Shown here piece after piece: positions 24,108 through 35,079 of a stretch of 41,443 bases of DNA. This DNA is from Nemertoderma westbladi. Taxonomy: Eukaryota > Animalia > Xenacoelomorpha. The stretch is from assembly GCA_032718475.1 (NCBI GenBank), contig JAUCBJ010008674.1, forward strand, positions 1-41,443, given 5' to 3'. The notes beneath the pieces were generated by a model that did not search any database, was not told the origin of the DNA, and saw nothing but the letters and a program-made list of their open reading frames with translations. Position numbers and translations under genes: made by a program. Every line of letters starts with the position of its first letter. Within the stretch, counting starts at the first letter, position 1.

Positions 24108-24390
24108 TTGACCATCTGTAATTCTAGTCGATTAAGATATCGCGGCACCCACCGATATACTTGAAAGACAAATTCTAGAATCAGTGGTTAACGTCCCCAG
24201 ACAAGTTCTGGAATAAATCGGTGCCCATCTTAAATATTAATTTAATATTTATTAAAATCTGTAAAATTCAGATCCTTTAACAATTCTAGTCGATTAAGAT
24301 ATCGTAGCACTTACCGATATTCTTAAAAGACAAATTTCATAGAATTAAGGATCCTATGTTCCCAGACCCGCTCTGGAATCAAATTGTGTC
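24108..24390 (+). ncRNA. Two tandem copies (162-bp period) of a putative structured cis-RNA module: long stem-loop, short hairpin and possible pseudoknot
   Basis: Pairings read by eye. The outer stems differ in sequence between copies but still pair. Confidence 0.6.
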
Positions 24391-24761
24391 AATTTTAACA
24401 TCAAATAATAAAATTCACGGGAATAAATTTAAATTCATACATTAAATGAATTTCATAAATTGTCATTTTGTACAATTTATAACATTCCCAAAATTCCATT
24501 AATTAATAGATCATGGGAGCGGAGATTCATCCTATTGAGTGTATTAGAGTGCGAGAATCTCCAACATATAGTCAATAGCCGATAAAATTAATAAAATCAT
24601 GCATAAAGAGGATATTGACAATTAAAGAATTATTATTAAATAGCATCCCAGATCTGTATGCATGAGAATTACCCTAATTCTACCGCTAGCATTCCATAAT
24701 GTCACCATAACAACACCCACGCTAGAATTAGAAGCAAGTTAAGAAAACAATAGAAAGCTTG

Positions 24762-25158
24762 TCACATTGCATAGCATAGAGAATACATAGCACGCTGTTA
24801 GTATCCAAGGATACACAGTAATAACGTGACATTCTGGAAGGCACTGACTAACGGACAAATGGCCTGTATGTGTACAATTGGTGACAGTTGTGTGGAATTT
24901 GTGCGTTTGTAGGTGAATGTTACTGCTAAGGTGTGTTTACAGTAGCTAGTCGCAATTGTGAAAGTAACCCAACTCTCCTATAGAAAGAACCTAAAGTGGA
25001 TTCAAGCCTTTGGGACGGACAGTGGAGTGACTTGTGCCGGTTATCGTTGTCGTACTGTTGCTACATGTTGGCGTAAATACCGCGACAACGGTACATCGGC
25101 GCTGAGGATCCCACTGTCCGGGGGCAAAGAGAAGTAGGCAGCGACGCCCGCTCGCCTA
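24762..25158 (+). ncRNA. Putative multi-domain structured RNA (IRES-like) upstream of the accessory ORF
   Basis: Nested helices with many G-U pairs, a GUGA tetraloop hairpin (24873-24892), a 105-nt hairpin (25016-25120) and a hairpin at 25135-25158. Confidence 0.5.
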
Positions 25159-25199
25159 AATATAAACTTATTTGATATTAATAAACTCAGATAGCAGAT

Positions 25200-26488
25200 A
25201 TGACGGAGTTGATAGAAGATGATCTTGGTATCAGGGAGCGATATACTCTACCTTTACAAGCATTTGTGGATAGCTTGATACGCGGTGAAACCGATCCAAC
25301 CATTACGGAGGACGATGGTCGTTATATCGAACCGCCGATGTCCCAAGAGCAACTTACGCGTGAATTGGACTATCGAAAATTCACCGCTCGCTATACGCAT
25401 CGTAATGGTACGTATATGGACTTCCTAACTACCAGCCATCCTATCGGTTTACATGATACGGACGATGAAGACACCGAAAGGGAAATGGTTCTATTTAAAT
25501 ATCATACCCAGCGGAGTCGGAACGATAAACCGAGAATAGATCACGAAAATTCTATTCGTAACAGACTGGGAGGACGAACCAGTATGCCTAGAATCTGAGG
25601 AGATTCAGCCTGTCGCGCCCGGAGCAGCGACAACGATTGCATCCTAGAATGGTATCAAGGTCCACAGTGTCTCACTGCGTACGATTATCGACATGCCAAC
25701 TATGTTTCTAGGCAACGTTGTCGGTTATGCGCATCGAGAGACCACGATACGCCAATGGACACCAACGTCCGCTGTTCCTATTTCAAAGAACAACCGACTA
25801 TGGAAATTTATTGCGCATATTGCAGACTCAATAACCTGCATATCTTTGCGGTTTGCCCTCAATTTATGACTCGATGTCACCATTGTCAACTAAAGGGACA
25901 CGCCAGTTTCGATTGCCCTTTTAATCGCGATTTGGAAAGCGTGGATGAAATGATCACACTACGTTACATTAGAGCTTGGGAAGCGAAGGCTGATTTACAT
26001 CGTGATTCGCGCCATCGCTATTATCCTGGACGCGCTTACGAAGGAATTTATGCGTTCCATCCTTATCTATTCGCTTCTGTCGAACAGAAATCACGCATAT
26101 CGAGTTACAGGAAGTATATCGACGGCCTTACGAACACCGAGCCCGTGAACGCGAGTTGGAAAGGACCATTAAACCCCGGAGGTTTCTAGCTGCCTATGGT
26201 CCACCCACGGCCCTCGTTCGGACCACTCGTAAGGGACCCGTAAGAGCGGCTGTCTTAAAACGCGCTCTCAAAGCCGTTAGACCCCTCTCCCCCGACGTTG
26301 ATGTCAATCAACCCGGCACTTCGACTGGCGGATACACCGACCATAATCCTACACCCTCTGATGCAATCATATTGCACCCTTCACCCAGGAGTTATAGCCC
26401 TCCTTGTAAAGTGGCTCGCCCCAAAGAGAAAAGGACTCTGGCTAGCTTTAAAAAACTGCGTAAACGCCGTCCGCGCAAGAAAGACTAA
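25200..26488 (+). CDS. Accessory ORF of the LTR element: protein with three zinc-knuckle-like motifs and a basic tail, interrupted by one TGA and one -1 frameshift
   Basis: ORFs 25200-25598 and 25755-26189 share a frame separated only by TGA at 25596-25598. Motifs CRLCASRDH..C, CAYCRLNNLHIFAVC and CHHCQLKGHASFDC. The overlapping -1 frame ORF 26156-26488 ends in KKLRKRRPRKKD. Confidence 0.65.
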
Positions 26489-26558
26489 CTGTTTAGAGTA
26501 TTTACGTATATTAGAAACTGTGATTTTGTATATTTCATAGACTCAAATCCCATTTTCT

Positions 26559-26566
26559 GGGAGCGG
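26559..26566 (+). other. Short polypurine tract (GGGAGCGG)
   Basis: Purine-rich run directly abutting the TG of the 3' LTR. Confidence 0.75.
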
Positions 26567-27823
26567 TGTAAAAGCTTCTGTGGGATATAACTGGCCCTTT
26601 TGCTTCGCAATCCAGTTTCCCCCCAGGCGCTGGAATACTCTAAAAAGGTTCTCTAACTGTACATATATTCCCCTCGCCCGCAAGGTACCGTTACAGGTGT
26701 TTTAACGGACATAAAAGTCATTCTGCTATATACGTGTTTTAGCGGACATGGTAAGGCAAAAAACCCGCAATATGGCAAATACTTTTACACAGCTTAGCCG
26801 TGATGATTCAGATTACGACATCTAGCAGCTGGTTGCTGACATGGAAACAGCCATTGGACGCGTGGTTCTTTGTTTGGCTTGAGCCAATCAGGGCGATTTT
26901 TCCTGTCAACGTGTAGCTTTTCGGCCGATCATAAAGAGAGTGTTCAGTCTTACAGTTTTTACTGATACTTTGTTGTTATTGCTGTCTAAGCCAGAAACAC
27001 CGGCTCTAGAGTTAATTATTTTCATACTTTAAGAAGAAACATTAGTAGGCTTAAATTATAGAGCGTATGACTGTTATCAGTCAAATCCATTCACAATTCA
27101 ATACTTTGTTGTTATTACTGTTCAACATACATTATTATACTGCTATTTACTGTTGTGTTTGGTTGAATATTATTTGGAGAACATATATAAAGAACCCAAA
27201 TTTCCCAATTTTCTTGATACACTACAGGTTAGAGAGACGGGTTATATATATAGCGATTGCGACTTATATTGTTGTGGTTTGTAGTGAATTTAATGCTATT
27301 TGATAAGCACTACATTGGTCCGTTGCTATTCCCTTTATATATGATAAAATACATTGACAGGCGGCAAATTAATGAGCAGTATTGTGTGTTACCGGTAGTG
27401 TGCATGATTGTGACCGATAACTAAGCATTTCCTAAAGAATGCGACTCATACGTGAATCATAAGCCTTACCGACTTACCGTTGTGATTGGTATAAGTCATA
27501 TCTCTGTTTACTTAGATAGAGCGCCACGTCCTAAAAGGAACTGTTAATATTTCCCGAAAGTGAATAATATTAGTCAGAAATTAATTATTAACGATCAATC
27601 GAATAATACAATACCGTAAGCTTCACTGCAATAATAATCTAAGCCCTCAGAATCCAGTCTCCCGGGATTATCCAGCGGGTGAATGGACGCGCACTAGGCT
27701 GGCTTCTGCTAATGTTGTGTTTATTGGTATTAAATATTGTCATTTTCTAGAGTCGATTTATAAACCAAAAGACATATAAATTTTGGCAGGTTAAACTGCT
27801 AAAGGTCTTCAAAAGCGCGTACA
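26567..27823 (+). repeat. 3' LTR
   Basis: Near-identical direct repeat of 16302-17558, followed by TSD GAGCC. Confidence 0.97.
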
Positions 27824-29750
27824 GAGCCAGCAATAATATCAAAAGCAACTCGTACAACATATCACCATGGTGGAACTCAGAACTATCATCCCTAAATATT
27901 GAAAAACAGCAAAAACTAATCAGGTGGACACATTCAAAAAGTGAAGGTGACTTTGCAGACAATAAAACAATTACAAATAAATTTAACTCACTAAATAAAA
28001 ATCTAAAGAATAAATATATAAAATCAAAACTAAATGATGCAACTGCAATAAAAGACAAATGGGCAATATTAAATAAAATCACTAATAATAATAAAAAAAA
28101 CCGAGCAAACTATTTCGTCCAACTATTTCGTCCTTAATTAATCACGCAACAGGCTCTATTATTTATAACATATTACCAATGGCGAACCTACTTAATGACG
28201 CATATCTAAATATATGGGTAACTTTCAAAGCACTGGCTATATAAAAAGACATAGTACCGTACTGTTAACTCTAGTTTCAGCTTTAAGAATGTAACCGAAT
28301 TAGAAATATTTGAAATAATATATAAATTAAATACAAATAAACCAACTGGTCCGTCAATATTAAGTCAAAAATTAATAAAACTAATTGAACCGCATATTAC
28401 CCTACTACTAACTCACATCACAAACTTACTTTCCTTCTCGGCTAAAATCATCCTTTATTACTTACGCCTGTATTCAAAAAAGGGTCTCGAGATGAACCAA
28501 CTAATTATATATTCTAATAAATAATCTATTTCTGTCAACATTCGAAAAAATAATTGAAACAGTCATATATCATCAAATTACAAAATATCTACACAACAAT
28601 AAAATACTACAAAATAAGCAATTTGGTTTCAGAAAAGGGTATTCTACAGCAGACGCCGTTTTATTTGCAACTGAGTCTTGGAAATGTGAACTTAACAAAA
28701 AAAAAAATTGCAATTGGAGTCCTAGATCTCTCTAAAGCTTTCAACTCTCTCCAGCACGACATTCTTCTAGATAAATTAACAGAAATTGGATTCCAATCGA
28801 ATGCTGTTGCACTTATTAAAAGTTATCTTTTCGACCGCCCGCAAGGTGTAAAATTAAGTAAAATATTCTCACACTGGAAAATTTGCAATAGGGGTATACC
28901 ACAGGGCACCAAACTTGGACCATTATTGCTTTTAATATAATATGTCAATGACTTTGCAAATCAAATAAATTTGGAAACTATTCAATATGCTGATGACAGA
29001 CACTCTTATATATTGCTCGCACCCAAATCCACATACTGCAGTAAAACAACACTAAACACTAAACAAAAAAAACAACATATATTGCGTCAGCTATTCGCAA
29101 CACTACTGTAGGTATGAAATTAAACTCAAATAAAACAGAACTTATTGTTATATCCCCATTAAAGAGAACAGACGAATTAAATAATCTACATCTTGTGATT
29201 AATAATGACATAATTCAACAATCAACTACAATTAAATATTTAGGCATCATCATAGATAACAGATTATCATGGAAGGACCAAATAAAAACTACTACATTTA
29301 AAAATGGCAGCGGCTGCATCCACAATACGCCAAATAAAAGGACAATTGCCAATCTCTACGAAATTAATATTATACAAATCTCTAGTCACGCCGTACCATA
29401 ACTACTGTAGTATCTTAACAGCGACATATAAAATACTCACGGATATAAGGAACTACTGTACAAAATGGATAAGATTCAAAATTACGCACTTAGGCTAATC
29501 TATAACAAAAAAATACGAGAAACTTCAAGAACAGAACTAAGACAATTAGCTAGGATCCCGCAATAAAAGTTCCAAAATCAACGAACAGATTTGGTCACAA
29601 CTCTTTTATTATCACATGCATAAAATCATGGAACAATTTACCTAATAACATTCGTAAATTTGCACTCCATAATAATTTTTTATCACTATTGGAAAATTAC
29701 TACATAACGCAATATGAAAGAAAAGCAGTAACATAATTACTTAACTAAAC
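27824..29750 (+). mobile_element. CR1/L2-group LINE ORF2, 3' portion (RT), heavily frameshifted
   Basis: SPWWNSEL, VLDLSKAFNSLQHDILLDKL, GIPQGTKLGPLL, QYADD, IKYLGIIIDNRLSW and IKSWNNLPNNIR. Confidence 0.88.
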
Positions 29751-29828
29751 ATTATAAAAGTTAGGCTATAAAAGTAGGGAATGGGGGTGGGGGAGGGGGG
29801 TGGTTTTGGGTTGCTAGTATGTTGCAGG

Positions 29829-30060
29829 ACATTGCTTTCGCCGTGAGGACCAGCCAGTGCATAATCTTGTACTTTGGCAGCCTCATGGAATGAATAAGCA
29901 TGGTGGACAGCCCATGACTTTCTTGAGACGCATCTTAAAGGACACTGGCCTTGAAGATGCGGATGATCTAGCAAACGTCATGGGTGATAGGGAGTTGTGG
30001 CGGCGCAATTTTGTCGACAAGCCGGCACAGTATTCTTAAAATGCCGATACTAGTAGTAGT
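29829..30060 (+). mobile_element. Short 3' end of an RTE-type LINE with a (TAG)n tail
   Basis: GHCFRREDQPVHNLVLWQP..MGDRELWR. Matches 7080-7233. TAGTATGT occurs on both sides, a possible TSD. Confidence 0.8.
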
Positions 30061-30442
30061 ATGTAAGGTGCTTGTAAGGTGTGTTCGTGTTATTTATGTA
30101 TACTGTGTATTAATATTTAAGTATGGTGTACGTGAATATATTGGTTTTATTTATGCCTGGTGTGGGTGGGCTGTGCGGCAGTGCATGTTTATATGCATGG
30201 GATGAGTTTGATAATACGGGTTGATAATACGATAGTACGTTAATAGTTTATGTATGGCTGAGCCGCTATGCCGCAAGCCGCCAACGAGTCACAACAAGTC
30301 TACCATCCTAGATCCCGACGGCCAAGTACGATAGGGTTGAGCAGTGGCAGCATATGGTGGTATTGACAGTTGGGAGGCCATGAGGAGGTAAATTGCGGAG
30401 ATACAAGGTATCAGATAGTATTTCCAGGTCTATCTATTACCT

Positions 30443-30516
30443 GAGCCGTTAGCTGAATGGTTAGAGCGTCAGACTTCCAACTCGGAGGTCACCAGTTCGA
30501 TCCCACCTGGACGTCA
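30443..30516 (+). pseudogene. tRNA-like sequence (tRNA pseudogene or SINE head; CCA at the anticodon position)
   Basis: A-box TAGCTGAATGG and B-box AGTTCGATCC at tRNA-like spacing. Acceptor and anticodon stems are imperfect. Confidence 0.6.
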
Positions 30517-31271
30517 TTGCCGACTTTGCAAAAGCTGTGCCCAACAAAAAGTTATAATCCTAGATCCCATCACATACCCTATTGGCTAGTCAGTGTGGTG
30601 ATAATTGGGTGGATGATTAGGTTGCTTCTCTCTTGGAGAGCAATAATCGGATAATAGATTGCGCCAATAATGGGTAATTAGTTTTCGCCAATGGGTTTTG
30701 GAAATGAGTAGCAGAATTATGCCTCTACTTAGGATTATTATCCACTAACAGTCATTTTGCATGAAAATTGTGTACTGGTATTCAAAATGGATTAATTGCT
30801 GTAACTCTCGTTTAATCCATTCAAATAACCGAATTCATCACAACGTTGTTGTAGATTTACTTCATTTAGTTCACTTTTGTCTAGTGTGATAGAAAGTGTT
30901 CAAATGTACTTAGAAGTTACATTTTGTTGAATATTATTGATCTACATTTAATTTGCATCACCTATAAATTAGAAATTTAAAATTTACATCGCAGTTTGGT
31001 TTACTATCCAAATCCATTATTCTTAGTTCCTTACAAGGCTAGATCCTAGGATGATCTCTACACTCCTAGGAAGCCTTGGTTTTACTCATTATTTCGTCAC
31101 GAAAACATTAATCTATAAATAATGAATCTCTTGAAATGAAAAATTCACATCACAGCTTGCAGTAGGAACAGTTGATATCGCGTTCATAATATTGTTTGAC
31201 AGAATCGAGATATAGCAGTAGGCCTACTAATTTAATCTGAATAACCCACTGCGCATTTGCAAATACAATGA

Positions 31272-31370
31272 CAACAAGTTCGTGGGGCCTTCGCGCAGCA
31301 CGAGGCTCAGTTATGAGATACAGATTAATTGTGTCACAAACTCGGTATCTAAGAAATTTAACCAAACACC
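31272..31370. repeat. Dispersed repeat, copy 1 (hairpin-containing terminus of an unclassified element)
   Basis: GTTCGTGGGGCC..ACGAGGCTCAGTTAT.AGATACAGATTAA is shared with about 35854-35905. Confidence 0.75.
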
Positions 31371-31499
31371 AGTAAATCAAAGAGAGGGAAAAGCCCACCC
31401 CACCCCCAACCCCCCCCCCCCCCCCCCCACCCCTTCTTAACCTCCCACTTTATCTGCCCCACCCCAACCCAAAGGAGCACACAGGATTGATGAAAGGCA

Positions 31500-31783
31500 G
31501 GTTCCACCTTGGTGTAGTGGTTGCATTGAATTCACATCTCCTGTAGGTCGTGGTTTCGATCCTCACATGGGCCAGGGCAGTTTTCGTTTCGGCACGAATG
31601 CTTTAAAGGGACCAGCCAGGGCTCATCTCTGCCTTGCATCCTTAAGTGGTAGCTAAATGAGTACTAGAGTTTCCTCTGGGGAGTAAAGTTCTGGGGGGAC
31701 CGCACTGGAAATAAGTCGTCAGACTTTGTGCGTAATCCCTGGCCAAGCGGCCGAAGAAAATTTACTTTACTTTACTTTACTTA
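31500..31783 (+). mobile_element. Full-length tRNA-derived SINE with a (TTTAC)n tail
   Basis: A-box TGGTGTAGTGG, B-box G(T)TTCGATCC and a central GCCTTGCATCCTT..TAAATGAGTAC motif resembling conserved SINE core domains (from recall, unverified). Near-identical copy at 33410. Confidence 0.9.
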
Positions 31784-31818
31784 GGTATTATCAGGAAATT
31801 TGTGTTTTAAAAGTAATA

Positions 31819-34800
31819 CTACTACTAAGTCGAGCGAACTCGGACAGTGGAAATGAGATCCTTGAGATCCAGGCTTCCCGATTCTTCATAGTTGTCGCAA
31901 ATTCGTTTCTCCCAAGTTCAGTATCCCTTTCAAGTTGATCTATATATGTTATGGCCGATCGTCCACGACTACGCTTTCCATGAGTTGGTTACCAGAAAAG
32001 TAGATCTGGTATGACCTCGTCTTTACTTCGCCAGCAGTGCCCACTGAATCTTAATCTGTGTTCACGGAGGGTGGTTGATACAGGTGGTATTGTACCATAA
32101 AGCTCGGCATTTGTCATGTGTTGTCTCCAGCTGATGTTTAGGGCTGCCCTTAGTAGTCTTGTGTAACAACCATCAATTTGTTGTTCAAGTGATTTAGTCA
32201 GTGTCCAGGTCTAACCCCCGTATAAAAATACACTTTCCACTGTGGCTCGAAAGAACTTAGTCTTCAGGTGCCTGGGGAGATCTGATTTCCAGATGGTATC
32301 CATTTTTGATAGAGCTACCCAAGCCTTTGCTTTCCTAACTTCTATATCTTTTTTGCTACTCACCTTCCTTAGTTGATTATTATCAATGGTTGTCAAGTTT
32401 CCATTAACAGTAAAAGTCATGAATTCGGTCTTGGTAGCATTTATATGCAATCCAACCTCCTTATAGCAGCCCTCTCCACTTTATTTAGTAGAAGCTGTGA
32501 ATCTGCTAGGGTATTAGAGAGCAGGGCGATGTCATCCGTAAAGTCGGTGTCTGTGACTGTAGTTGCCGGATATCTATTACTTCTGCGTTCTTGAAGTGTG
32601 AATCCCAGAACTTCACCATTTGTGGCCGTCCTCATTGCGTAATCCAGTATAATTACAAATAGTAATGGCGCCAATGTGTCACATTGCAGTACGCCAGTCA
32701 GGATTGAGAAAAACTCAGTTTCACCATCTGGTGAGAGTACCTGTGCTTCTGTGTCACAATATAACAATCCAATGCCAGCAACGGTTACTTCTGGTATTCC
32801 ATAAGCTCTTAGGATTTCAAGCATTTTACCTCTATGGATGGAGTCGAATGCCTTCTTGAAGTCCACAAAAGTCATGACTGCGGGGAGATTCTTTGACTTG
32901 ATTCCTTCAATCAGTCTCCGCAGTGCAAGTATCTGAGCTATTGTTGATCTACTTTGTCAAAATCCGTTTTGGCTCTTACGCAGTAGTTTCTCTATGTGAG
33001 GCCTAATCCTATATAGAATCATTTTATTGTATATTTTGGCAGCTACCACAAGCAGACAGATCCCACGATAGTTTGTTGGTATACCGAGGTCTCCTTTCTT
33101 GGGGAGAGGCTTTAGTTGACCTTTAGTCCAAATTGGAGGAGGCTTTTCCCCTTTTAACATCCAGTTGCAAACATTCAATAATGGTCTGTTTAGCACTGGA
33201 AATAAGTCGTCAGACTTTGTGCCTAATCCCTGGCCAAGCGGCCGAAGAAAATTTACTTTACTTTACTTTACTTAGGTATTATCAGGAAATTTGTGTTTTA
33301 AAAGTAATACTACTACTAAGTCGAGCGAACTCGGACAGTGGAAATGAGATCCTTGAGATCCAGGCTTCCCGATTCTTCATAAAAAAAAGTAAAGTAAAAA
33401 AACAAAAAAGGTTCCACCTTGGTGTAGTGGTTGCATTGAATTCACATCTCCCGTAGGTCGTGGGTTCGATCCTCACATGGGCCAGGGCAGTTTTCGTTTC
33501 GGCACGAATGCTTTAAAGGGACCAGCCAGGGCGCATCTCTGCCTTGCATCCTTAAGTGGTAGCTAAATGAGTACTGGAGTTTCCTCTGGGGAGTAAAGTT
33601 CTGGGGGGACCGCACTGGAAATAAGTCGTCAGACTTTGTGCGTAATCCCTGGCCTAGTGGCCAAAGAAAATTTACTTTACTTAGCACTCCTGTTTTCCAT
33701 ACCTCCGCTGGAATTTCATCTAATCCACTCGCTTTATTATTGGACATGCTTTTAATGCTTCTTTGGAGTTCGGCAGGTGTAAAGTCCCCTGTTTCTATAG
33801 GTAGTGTCTTGTCATATATTTTCCTTGTAGGGCTGACCTCGATGTTTGGTGGCTGCCCAAGCAAGTTGCTGAAGTGATTTTTCCACTTCCCCACACGTTC
33901 TTCGGGACTATCGGCTTTGAGGCGCCCCTTTGCACAACTTTTCCGGCCAGATTCCTCAATCACAGTTTGCCAGGTAAGTCTTAATTATTGCTGTATGTGA
34001 GCAGTTGTAATTGCTTCAATTTTATCCTGTATGTACTTTTCCTGGCTGATGTTGTAGGCCAATTTAAGATCATCCTTAGCTCTCTCAACCTTGTTAATGT
34101 TTTCGGTTGTTGGTTGTTCGGTTTTTACTTTGTAGGCTATCTTTAAGATCTTCTCTCTTACAAGTAACCTCAGAGTTTTGCCATGGCACATACTGTTTTC
34201 GTTTGGGTTTCTGGGGGATATGCCTCTTAGCTGATTCCTTTGTGGACTGGTCTTCATCCATTGACTGAAGTGCTTCAAAGCGGTTTTGAACTTCTACTGT
34301 GTAAGCATCCTTTACTGCATTGTCAGTTCTGAGTTTCTCCCAGTCATAGTTGATTTGCTTGCTTGTCCTGGGTTTGCTGGCTCTCAAACTGAGTCTGATC
34401 TCTGCAGTCACAATTATGTGGTCCGAACCAATTAGGTTGAACGAGCTGTATGCCTCGCAGTTGATGATGCTGTTTCTCCACTTTTTGTTTATAAGGATGT
34501 AATCCAGTTGTGCTTTGGTTCCATTACGGTATTGAAAGGTCTATAGCTTCCCCTTACTCTTTTCGAATGTGGTGTTTGTTGGTATCAATTCACATTCTTC
34601 CATTAGGTCTAAAAGTAAGTACCCATTTCTATTAGAACTGGTGTTATAAGTGTAACCCTTGATGTCTTCTGGGCCAATTTGAGCATTCAGGTCATTGCAT
34701 TGCAATGACATTGTGTTTCGGAATGTCCTTTATAAGTCCAGTCAGATCTTCATAAAACTTGACTGCTTGTTCTGGCTCTGAGGCATTGGTTGGACTGTAG

Positions 34801-35079
34801 CGACAAATTACTGTTGTCTTGGGATTCCCCTCAAATATTGCTATCATAGCCCTGGAATTTATAGATTCGATGTTGTTTATGGTCTTAAGTGCAAATGGGC
34901 TTAGCAGAATCCCTACTCCACCAATTGATGCATTGGCTGAGTTTCTTACTGCTGAGCTTGTTACTAACGTCCATCCATTTCCAATGTCATTGTACTTCAT
35001 GGCAGTGTCTTCATGACAAATCCGATGTTCTTGGATGCAGATGATGTGGATGTTAAATTTCATTGCTAGAGCGACTAAA
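31819..35079 (-). mobile_element. Near-full-length RTE LINE (APE plus RT), with multiple stops and frameshifts
   Basis: APE ICIQEHR, GGVGILL, YSPTN and QLDYIL. RT PKKGDL..NYRGI, FVDFKKAFDSIHR, GVLQ.D.LAPLLF and DFTDD. (TAG)n tail. 12-bp TSD TTAAAAGTAATA at 31807-31818 and 35080-35091. Confidence 0.93.
33410..33683 (+). mobile_element. Full-length tRNA-derived SINE inserted in the RTE, part of composite insertion 33198-33680
   Basis: Near-identical to 31500-31783. TTAGCACT is duplicated at 33190-33197 and 33681-33688. Confidence 0.92.

Larger units (their letters stand above)
16302..27823 (+). mobile_element. Full-length, recently inserted, non-autonomous BEL/Pao-type LTR retrotransposon
   Basis: Two 1257-bp direct LTRs with TG..CA ends. 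5-bp TSD GAGCC at 16297-16301 and 27824-27828. BEL-type Gag-protease ORF. Purine tract before the 3' LTR. Confidence 0.96.

Noticed and set aside
25095-25160. Hammerhead ribozyme starting CTGAGGA
   Set aside because: There is no properly placed GAAA or NUH cleavage triplet, and the bases fit the long hairpin better.
30443-30516. Functional tRNA-Trp gene
   Set aside because: Acceptor and anticodon stems pair poorly, so it is kept only as a tRNA-like relic.
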